From IMG/VR virus record IMGVR_UViG_3300032320_000535, positions 1 to 45,338 of that record: 45,338 bases of DNA; one strand, 5' to 3'. How positions within the stretch are numbered: the first letter of the stretch is position 1; each line of letters starts with the position of its first letter. The DNA comes from a virus (Duplodnaviria > Caudoviricetes). The notes under the pieces are model-generated. The model saw only the letters and a program-made list of their open reading frames with translations, made no database searches and had not been told where the DNA came from. A program made the position numbers and the translations under genes. This document shows, one piece after another, positions 36,619 to 44,349 of this stretch.

Positions 36619-38891
36619 TGACCGCAAAGGTTGTTGCCCTTCAAGTGGGCCCCGGCATTCAACGGGACGGGACGGCATTTGCATCGGTGAGTTATGTGGA
36701 TGGGAAATGGGTGCGTTTCCAATACGGTCGCCCAAGAAAAATTGCTGGCTACAACGGGGCGTTTTTGAACGCAACAGGGATCAGTCGCGGGATGATCATG
36801 AGCGCAGAGAACGGGCTCAACTACGTGATCTCTGGATACAACAACGGCGTCGAGCAGTGGACGACTGACAATGACAATGGTGTTGGATTTGGCCCGACAC
36901 CCATTGAGCCAGTTGGATCGCTTGCCTCAATTACCATTACCAATCAAGGCAGTCTGTACACCAACGGCACCTATACAAGCGTGCCAATTGTTGCTGTAGC
37001 AGGCACTGGTGCTTTAGCCACTGTGGTGGTTGCAAGCAACTTGGTTACCAGCGTTGTGATTACCAGTGGTGGCGCTGGCTACGTCCACAATGCATCAGTG
37101 ACGATCAGCGCGGCCAGTATTGGCGGCACTGGTTCTGGCTTTGCCGGGTACATCGACAACCTCACGACTTACTCGCCAAACCCAAATACGCTGTGGCAGT
37201 TTGACATTGGCTACGACGCCTATGGCAATGCCCAGAACAACCTGATTGCACACCCCGGCCAGAACTTGGCTGACATTTCATCGTCGGTGAACACGCGACC
37301 CATGTTTGGCCCGTTCACTGGTAATACATTGCTTCCCGTCGGCGTGTTCACAGACACAGCAACAACAACCTCAGGATCGTCCACAATAACTTTTCCGAAC
37401 ATCAACGTGGGCATAGGCGCTGGCGTGTCCGTTTCGGGCACCGGCATTCCCTCAGGCACCACGGTGGTCAGCGCGCAAGAAGTTTCTGGCGTATGGACTG
37501 TCGTACTTAGCGCAAACGCAACAGCATCAACACCAAGTGCTTTGTTGGCCAGCGTTGCGGTTACTGGCACTGCTGGACAATTTTCATGCACTGCAACAAC
37601 CAACATTGCAGTTGGCCAAGCAGTCGTTGTGACAGGGACATTGACGGGAACCGCCACGGGTGTTGCCGCTGGAACTTATTACGTCATCGCCACCAACACT
37701 ACAAGCACATTCACCTTGTCTGCCACATCTGGCGGCGCGGCAATCACCACCACGGCAGGGACAACAACCGGGCTCACGTTTGGCGCTTATTCGACCTTGA
37801 CTTTTGACAACAACATCGCTGTGTCTGGTGGCATCGTGATGTTGTTCCCGTACTTGTTTACTTACGGCAACAACGGCTTCATTGGAAACTGTGCGGCTGG
37901 TGACTTCAACAATTGGACATCGGCCGACTCAAACAGGAACAACATTTCCTCTACCAAGGTGGTCAAGGGACTGCCGATTCGCGGCGGTACGACATCGCCT
38001 GCTGGCCTGTTCTGGACTCTGGATTCCGTGGTTCGGGTTACCTACTCACCAACACAGGTGGGCAACGTAACCCTGTACTGGCGCTATGACTTGATCACAC
38101 AGCAGTCCTCAATCATGTCAAGCCAGTGCGTGATTGAGTACGACGGCATCTTCTACTGGGTGGGTTCTGATCGCTTCCTCATGTACAACGGTGTTGTGCA
38201 AGAGGTGGACAACAAGCAGAACTTCAACTACTTCTTTGACAACCTGAACTACGTCCAGCGCCAAAAAGTCTGGGTGAGCAAGGTTCCTCGCTGGGGTGAA
38301 ATCTGGTGGTTCTTCCCATCGGGTGACAGCGTCGAGTGCAATGACGCGATCATCTACAACGTGCGTGAGAAGGTGTGGTACGACGCTGGCCAAGCCTTGG
38401 GTGCGCGCCGCTCTGCTGGTGTGTTCACTGAGGTGTTTCGTCGCCCCATCTGGGCAGGCAATGACCAGAACACGGCAGGCAAATACACACTGTGGCAACA
38501 CGAGACTGGTACCAACGAGGTGTACACGAATCAGGTAAATGCGGTTGACTCATTCTTTGAGACCAACATCATTGGCACGCGCTTAGGACTTGTGGGTGCT
38601 ACTGAGCAACCCGGCGACAACGTCTGGACTCGCTGTGAACGCATCGAGCCTGACTTTGTACAGTCTGGCGCCATGGAAGTGACTGTGCTGGGTAAGGGCT
38701 ACGCTGAGGACACGACGCAAGAATCAAGTCCGTACACATTCAACCCAGACACACTGAAGGTTGATATGCGTGAACAATATCGTGAGATGCGTTTGCGCTT
38801 TAGAAGCAACACCCAGAACGGTAACTACTTCATGGGTCGTGTACTCTTGAGCATAGACACAGGTGACGTGCGTGGCACAGGAAACCCGTAA
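36618..38891 (+). CDS. probable tail nozzle (tubular B / P22 gp10-like) with inserted beta modules
   Basis: WVRFQYGRPRKI start, beta-propeller-like aromatic repeats (FYWVG, EIWWFFP, IYNVREKVW); position before the internal proteins. Confidence 0.6.
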   Translation: MTAKVVALQVGPGIQRDGTAFASVSYVDGKWVRFQYGRPRKIAGYNGAFLNATGISRGMIMSAENGLNYVISGYNNGVEQWTTDNDNGVGFGPTPIEPVGSLASITITNQGSLYTNGTYTSVPIVAVAGTGALATVVVASNLVTSVVITSGGAGYVHNASVTISAASIGGTGSGFAGYIDNLTTYSPNPNTLWQFDIGYDAYGNAQNNLIAHPGQNLADISSSVNTRPMFGPFTGNTLLPVGVFTDTATTTSGSSTITFPNINVGIGAGVSVSGTGIPSGTTVVSAQEVSGVWTVVLSANATASTPSALLASVAVTGTAGQFSCTATTNIAVGQAVVVTGTLTGTATGVAAGTYYVIATNTTSTFTLSATSGGAAITTTAGTTTGLTFGAYSTLTFDNNIAVSGGIVMLFPYLFTYGNNGFIGNCAAGDFNNWTSADSNRNNISSTKVVKGLPIRGGTTSPAGLFWTLDSVVRVTYSPTQVGNVTLYWRYDLITQQSSIMSSQCVIEYDGIFYWVGSDRFLMYNGVVQEVDNKQNFNYFFDNLNYVQRQKVWVSKVPRWGEIWWFFPSGDSVECNDAIIYNVREKVWYDAGQALGARRSAGVFTEVFRRPIWAGNDQNTAGKYTLWQHETGTNEVYTNQVNAVDSFFETNIIGTRLGLVGATEQPGDNVWTRCERIEPDFVQSGAMEVTVLGKGYAEDTTQESSPYTFNPDTLKVDMREQYREMRLRFRSNTQNGNYFMGRVLLSIDTGDVRGTGNP

Positions 38892-39133
38892 TGATCAGTT
38901 ACGATCCTCGTGGCATGACTTGGGATCAGTACTGCAAACTGATGGCCGAGTTGTTTGCCCCTAACCAGTTGGGGTATGTAGAAGAAGAAAACTGGCGGCA
39001 CTGGGTTGATGGCTTGAGTGGCATTGGGTACTTCTCTGAATCAGGAATACCTAGCCACCAAGGCTTTGAACACTGGTACCAATGGGCCGAACAAATGTGC
39101 GGCATTTTGAGTGTGACTGTGGGGGAAATATGA
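38891..39133 (+). CDS. small Trp-rich hypothetical protein
   Basis: TAATG coupling to the nozzle gene; ATGA coupling to the ACP gene. Confidence 0.7.
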   Translation: MISYDPRGMTWDQYCKLMAELFAPNQLGYVEEENWRHWVDGLSGIGYFSESGIPSHQGFEHWYQWAEQMCGILSVTVGEI

Positions 39134-39411
39134 ACTTTCTTGATTTGCTCAACATGGTGGCGCGTGAGGCACGTCCTGCGCACCATGGGCTCAGTCCTAT
39201 AACGGATATGGAGACGCCGTTCACAGAGACTGAAATTGACTCACTTGATGGCCTGATGATCGTCATGTTCATGTCCATCATTTACAACATTGAAGACGAT
39301 CTGGTGAAAGACTTTCACCCAGAGACGCCACAGCAGTTGTTTGACTTCCTCGAACAGCACAAGACCCGTGACCCGGCGTCAATCGAAGAAGCCAAGGAGA
39401 TGATCAAATGA
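39130..39411 (+). CDS. acyl carrier protein
   Basis: 93 aa, acidic; EIDSLD phosphopantetheine motif (Ser38, codon at 39241) followed by a helix, then I.DD...T..QLFDFL. Confidence 0.85.
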   Translation: MNFLDLLNMVAREARPAHHGLSPITDMETPFTETEIDSLDGLMIVMFMSIIYNIEDDLVKDFHPETPQQLFDFLEQHKTRDPASIEEAKEMIK

Positions 39412-40523
39412 TCTATCTCAGCGACTACCGACTGGCGCACACAACAAACACCAAACTCTTGGAAGACATTCGCCACCCTCAGATGGTGAATTGGTTTTCA
39501 GAGTCCTACGAGAAAGTCAAGACTGGCCTGTTTTACCCTCCGCACCGGGTTGCCGACAAAGTGATTGATCAGGCCTTGGCCAAGACACTTCGTGAGGACA
39601 CCGAAGCCAAGACCGCCTTCATTTTGGCGGCTGGCAATGGTCACTTTGCAGGCATCAACGCCGTCAAGTCCGAACCCAACACGCTGACCTACGAATACAA
39701 GTTCCTGCCCCTGACGCTGACTCAGGTCTACGCCGGGCGTACCGCTCAGGTCTTTGGTGCGGCAGACCACATAGTGACCGACTCTACGGCCTGCGCATCC
39801 AGCATGAAGGTGCTCATGGACGTTCAGACCCTAATGCGCTTTTATGGGTTCAACCGGGTGATCGTGCTGGCCATTGAAGATCAGGTCAGCAACCTGACAT
39901 TGAACTTTTTTGGCGAAGCACAGGCCTCGCTGGTCTGGAAAGACGAAAAAGAGGGTGTCAAGCCATCGGCCTTTGACAGTGTCAACGGCGGCTTCCACGT
40001 TGGCCAAGGCGCCTGTTTGGCGGTGTTTGAGGATGCAGTGACGGTCAAGCGCCGTGGAATCACCCCCAAGGGCCGCCTTTTAGGGGCCTACACGGCCTCG
40101 GAGACCTGCGCCAATGCCATCGGCCAGACTGAGGACGGCGAAGGCTTTGTGAAGGCCGCAAAGGGCGCTCTGGACATGGCCAAATTGACCCCGGCATGCG
40201 TTTCGGTGATCAAAACCCATGGCACGGGCACCAAATCCAATAACCGGGCTGAGAGGGCGGCCATTGAATCGACGTTCACGGACTTTGTGGCCACCTCGTA
40301 CAAGCAGGTGATTGGTCACACTATGGGCGTGAGCGGCTTGCTTGAAACCTGCATGTTGATCGACAATATGACAAATGGGTTTGTGCCAAGCATTCCAAAC
40401 AGAACAGAAGAGGACGATGTGTTCCTGTCGCACGACATTGAGGCTCCCAAAGGAGCCATTTTGTCATTGGCGGCTGGCATGGGGAACGTTTACTCGGCCG
40501 CAGTAATGACAACGGAGTTATGA
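39408..40523 (+). CDS. beta-ketoacyl-ACP synthase (FabB/FabF-like), divergent
   Basis: STACASS (Cys129), SAFD...GFHVGQGA, KTHGTGT (His271), KQVIGHTMG (His304). Confidence 0.92.
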   Translation: MIYLSDYRLAHTTNTKLLEDIRHPQMVNWFSESYEKVKTGLFYPPHRVADKVIDQALAKTLREDTEAKTAFILAAGNGHFAGINAVKSEPNTLTYEYKFLPLTLTQVYAGRTAQVFGAADHIVTDSTACASSMKVLMDVQTLMRFYGFNRVIVLAIEDQVSNLTLNFFGEAQASLVWKDEKEGVKPSAFDSVNGGFHVGQGACLAVFEDAVTVKRRGITPKGRLLGAYTASETCANAIGQTEDGEGFVKAAKGALDMAKLTPACVSVIKTHGTGTKSNNRAERAAIESTFTDFVATSYKQVIGHTMGVSGLLETCMLIDNMTNGFVPSIPNRTEEDDVFLSHDIEAPKGAILSLAAGMGNVYSAAVMTTEL

Positions 40524-40524
40524 A

Positions 40525-40959
40525 ATGCAAGTAGATTCAAAAAACCAGAAACTTGACTCAGGCCAAATCATCGGCATTTTTTTGAAAAACAATAAACAGC
40601 CTCACCCCCCTGAGGTGATGATCCCTGCCATTCTGGATGAATTGAATCAGCCAAACACTGAGGTCAAACAATTTGGCAACACATTGTTTGAAGTTCATAA
40701 AGGCAAGGATGGCCAAGGATTCTTTAAGGCGTTTAATGCCGACACGGGCGCCAACTTCGTAGAGAACAGCAAAGTGTTTGCTGTATGGGCAAAGCGAGTG
40801 CTTGGCCTCAAAATTATAGTCACAGAATATTCTGACGAATCCCTTGATCGTTTGTTCAAGTTGATTGCGTTCAACCCACCAATGCCCGGCATGGGCTATC
40901 AAGTATTCAAAGCAAAAGACGGCAAAACAACTCGTGTTGCTTTGAATTTAGGAGCCTGA
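40525..40959 (+). CDS. hypothetical alpha/beta protein, candidate acyltransferase
   Basis: The ORF is clear; the function is inferred only from its size and its position between the KAS and internal protein genes. Confidence 0.4.
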   Translation: MQVDSKNQKLDSGQIIGIFLKNNKQPHPPEVMIPAILDELNQPNTEVKQFGNTLFEVHKGKDGQGFFKAFNADTGANFVENSKVFAVWAKRVLGLKIIVTEYSDESLDRLFKLIAFNPPMPGMGYQVFKAKDGKTTRVALNLGA

Positions 40960-40960
40960 T

Positions 40961-42874
40961 ATGTCAGCAGTAGTCAATGCAGTCAGCAGTGTTTTTGAGG
41001 CAGTTGGCGACGCTGTCGGTGATATTGCCGAGGGCATTGGTGACGTTGTAGAAACGGTTGTTGAAGAAGTTGTTGAGCCTGTTGTCAAAGCAGTAGGCAA
41101 CACAATTGATGCGGCAATGAAAGACCCGATTGGCACGATTGCCAAGGTTGCCACGGCTATTTATGCGCCGTACCTTTTGCCAGTTGTAAATTTTGGTGTG
41201 TCTGTTGCAAATGGCGCTTCGATTGAAAAAGCGATTGGCAATGCGGCCTTGAGTTATGTGGGCGGTCAAATTGGACAGGGCATTGGCGACTACGCATCAG
41301 AAGCGTTTGAATTGGGTGATGCCGCAAGCAACATAGTGACCGCAGGTGCCAAGGGCGCAACGTCCTCGACCCTGAGAGGTGAAAATCCTTTGTGCGGTGC
41401 TATTGGTGCTGTGGCCAATAATTTAATCAACACTGGCGCAAACGCGCTGTACAAGTGCCTTAGCACTTCAGGTGGCGGCAATACCACGCAAGAGGGTGGC
41501 CTTCCCGTAACTGTCAATGGTGCGGTTAATGATTGCACGGTTGGTTGTGCATCGACCACCGAACTCGGTGCTTTGCCTACTGTCACTCCACCACAAATTA
41601 ACGAAGAGCCCGTTGAAGTCAATGCTTCTGGTTATGACTGTTGCCGCCTAAACGAGGGTGTGCCCTCATTGCCACCAGTTGAAGTGAACGCCTCCGGTTA
41701 TGACTGCTGTCGCCTAAACGACGAAGTTCCTGCGCTTTCACCAGTTGAGGTGGATGCTTCACCTTACGACTGCTGTCTTTTAAACGAAGGAGTAGAGCCG
41801 CTTGATTGCTGTTGCGCGGCCTGTGAGTGCGAAAAAACTCCCGGATTTAAGTTCCCAAGGATCAAACTTCCAAACATTAATTTTTCAAAGAACAATGCTT
41901 CAAGGGCTGGTGCCCCAAAGACCAGCGCAGTGCAAACTGTTGGATCGAGTGGCGGCCTTGGTTGCGGCGCGATCCCATGGCTGGATACAAGAGACTCAAT
42001 GTTGCGCAACCAGATTTCTTTTGACAAGCCTACCGAAGCAACGGCCGATCAAACCAAGTTGCGCGACATCTACGGCCGCATGGATACATGCTTGGCCAAA
42101 GAGATGCAAGACCGCTATGGTGGCGTGCCCCAGATTAACCTTAAACCGTTTGGTGAACCTATGAGTGGATTGGCACAAGTTGGTAATTTTGCAGGTGGCG
42201 GCACAACCGGAACATCGAGTTGTGTGGCAAGTTGCTCATTTGCGTATTGCTACAACCAAGACGCCAAGTACATGCCAAAGTTTGTGTCGTGTGGCCCAGA
42301 CGTTTTGACAAATTCTGCCGCAAGCAAGCGCCAGCCTTTGACGCATAAGCAGTTGACTCATTTGCAACAGCGCATCTCCAACATGGGCAACATGGGTGGC
42401 TTGGCCGCTGGCGGCTTGCCCAAGAAGTACCAAGATGCAATGCCTAAAGATCACAACCCACAGTTTGTGACTGGCATGACCGGGTACTACGCTTGCGGTG
42501 GCGGCACGGGTCAGTCTGACGACATCTCGGCGATGCTCCATGATGGTGACTATGTGATGGACGCTGACGTTGTGGCGGCTCTGGGTGATGGCTCCAGCAA
42601 GGCTGGGCGCGAAGTCCTTGACGGGTTCCGCAGTCAGATTAATCACAAGGAGACATCAAAGGGCCAACCAGTACCAGCCAAGATCGCGGATGGCGAGTAC
42701 GTATTCCCAGAAGGTTTTGTTTCAGCCCTCGGTGGTGGCGACAACAAGGCGGGTGCAAAAATTCTGGACGGTTTGCGTGAGAAGTTGCGCGCACACAAAA
42801 GATCGGCACCCACAAGTAAAATACCACCCAAGGCGAAATCCCCACTTGACTACATCAAGCAGGCGAAAGGTTAA
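40961..42874 (+). CDS. Cys-rich putative internal virion/ejection protein
   Basis: Amphipathic and Gly/Ala-rich N-terminus, 22 Cys, duplicated C-terminal DG(D/E)YV motif. Confidence 0.65.
   Translation: MSAVVNAVSSVFEAVGDAVGDIAEGIGDVVETVVEEVVEPVVKAVGNTIDAAMKDPIGTIAKVATAIYAPYLLPVVNFGVSVANGASIEKAIGNAALSYVGGQIGQGIGDYASEAFELGDAASNIVTAGAKGATSSTLRGENPLCGAIGAVANNLINTGANALYKCLSTSGGGNTTQEGGLPVTVNGAVNDCTVGCASTTELGALPTVTPPQINEEPVEVNASGYDCCRLNEGVPSLPPVEVNASGYDCCRLNDEVPALSPVEVDASPYDCCLLNEGVEPLDCCCAACECEKTPGFKFPRIKLPNINFSKNNASRAGAPKTSAVQTVGSSGGLGCGAIPWLDTRDSMLRNQISFDKPTEATADQTKLRDIYGRMDTCLAKEMQDRYGGVPQINLKPFGEPMSGLAQVGNFAGGGTTGTSSCVASCSFAYCYNQDAKYMPKFVSCGPDVLTNSAASKRQPLTHKQLTHLQQRISNMGNMGGLAAGGLPKKYQDAMPKDHNPQFVTGMTGYYACGGGTGQSDDISAMLHDGDYVMDADVVAALGDGSSKAGREVLDGFRSQINHKETSKGQPVPAKIADGEYVFPEGFVSALGGGDNKAGAKILDGLREKLRAHKRSAPTSKIPPKAKSPLDYIKQAKG
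41609..41806 (+). repeat. 3 x 66-bp in-frame tandem repeat encoding PVEVxASxYDCCxLN
   Basis: Units start at 41609, 41675 and 41741. Confidence 0.9.
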
Positions 42875-42876
42875 AA

Positions 42877-44346
42877 ATGGCAAACTTACTGCAATCCTCG
42901 CAAAACAAACAAACAACGGCGCCGGGTTATTACACCGACTACCTGACCAACCTTGCAAGCAAGGGTCAAACAGCCGCTGATCAGGCGCAGTTTGTAGGGG
43001 CCCAGCCTCTGCAAGAAAAGGCCTTCTCAGAGGTCTGCCAGAACTTTGGCAACCAGCAGGCAAGCATTGCCGCAGGCAAGGGTCTTGTTGGCCAAGCCGC
43101 CAACCAAAATGTCACGGGCGCGGCGGCACCATACCTACAAGCGGGAACCGGCGCCAGTCCACTGAACGCCATGGCTCCTTATGCCGAAACGGCCATGGGC
43201 ACGACTGGCTACGAGGCTGGTGTTCCACTTGTCACTCAGGGCGCAAGCAAATCAGGTTTGTGCGCCGCTAATCCGTACCTCCAGCAAGCCACAAGCACCA
43301 GCCCTGCTGACTTGGCCGCTTCCTACATGAACCCGTTTCTCAAGACGGCCGTTCAATCGATGTCAGACATTGCCCAGCGTAATATCCGTCAGAACCTGTC
43401 GCCTGCGGCGGCGGCGGCGGCAGTGGGCTCTGGCCAGTTTGGTTCACAGCGCGGTGCTCAGGTGCAAGGTCAGATCACTGCTCAGGCACAACAAGACCTG
43501 AATAACCAGATCGCCCAGATGATGGCTTCGGGTTACGGACAGGCCTTATGCGCCGCTGGCAAGCAAAACGCACTGGTGGCCAACGCAGGCAACACTGCTG
43601 GCGCGCTGACCAACCAGACCGCTCAGAACCAAATCAATGCAGGTACAAATCTTGGCAGTTTGCAACAGGGTGCAAACCAAATTGCGGCGGGTCTTGGATC
43701 GACTGCGGCACAGGCGCAAGCACAACAGAACCAAGCCAACCTCACTGCGGCACAGACTGCGGCGACTGCGGCGGCAAACCAAGGCCAGTTGCTCAATGCG
43801 GCTGGCACCAATATGGGCAACTTGGCACAGACTGGTGCCAACATGAACTTGGCCTGCATCAACGCGCTATCTACCCTTGGTGGCCAGCAACAAACAATTG
43901 GACAGAACGAGCAGAACTACCCGCTCACCAAGTTGCAATCGCTTGGAAGCCTGCTCCAAGGCTACAGCATCCCGACTGGCACAAGGACTACTTTGTGCAT
44001 GTCTCCATTGTCTGGCGCGGCCGCTTTGGGCGCCGCTGGCAAAGCCGCAATCACATGCTTCCCCAGCATCAAAACTGGCCTTGGAGACATCATTGGTCGA
44101 ATGGGTGGCGGTGGTGGTAGTAGCGGTGGTGGCAACAACTCAAGCGGGTGCGACATCAACGGCTTATGCCTTCCATGTTGCGCAGGTGATTTACCTGAAG
44201 AATTAGGAGAGTGCTACTCCTACTGTTGCTGTTGCTGTTGCATCTGCTTAGAAGCAGAAGGCGGCTTGATCAAATCCAAGGCACGTGGCTTCAAGGGTTG
44301 TGCATCCACTTATTCACGTGGCGCACTGCCATCGAAGAAAGGTTAA
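42877..44346 (+). CDS. Gln/Ala/Gly-rich putative DNA ejection protein with a poly-Cys tail
   Basis: YMNPF, GQFGSQRG and QAG-rich helices typical of podoviral pilot proteins; 19 Cys including CCCCCC. Confidence 0.7.
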   Translation: MANLLQSSQNKQTTAPGYYTDYLTNLASKGQTAADQAQFVGAQPLQEKAFSEVCQNFGNQQASIAAGKGLVGQAANQNVTGAAAPYLQAGTGASPLNAMAPYAETAMGTTGYEAGVPLVTQGASKSGLCAANPYLQQATSTSPADLAASYMNPFLKTAVQSMSDIAQRNIRQNLSPAAAAAAVGSGQFGSQRGAQVQGQITAQAQQDLNNQIAQMMASGYGQALCAAGKQNALVANAGNTAGALTNQTAQNQINAGTNLGSLQQGANQIAAGLGSTAAQAQAQQNQANLTAAQTAATAAANQGQLLNAAGTNMGNLAQTGANMNLACINALSTLGGQQQTIGQNEQNYPLTKLQSLGSLLQGYSIPTGTRTTLCMSPLSGAAALGAAGKAAITCFPSIKTGLGDIIGRMGGGGGSSGGGNNSSGCDINGLCLPCCAGDLPEELGECYSYCCCCCCICLEAEGGLIKSKARGFKGCASTYSRGALPSKKG

Positions 44347-44349
44347 TTC

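Noticed and set aside
39130-40523. Host contamination or an ordinary bacterial fab operon
   Set aside because: The genes overlap phage structural ORFs on the same strand with no junction signs, and no other fab genes accompany them.
40961-42874. Tape measure protein
   Set aside because: It carries a TMP-like motif, but no tail tube, tail chaperone or sheath genes are recognisable, and the context (adaptor, nozzle, pilot-like proteins) is podoviral.
40961-44346. Codon reassignment explaining the excess Cys
   Set aside because: TGY encodes expected Cys in the KAS active site and in CxxC motifs, the excess is confined to two genes, and TGA and TAA act as normal stops with tight gene coupling.
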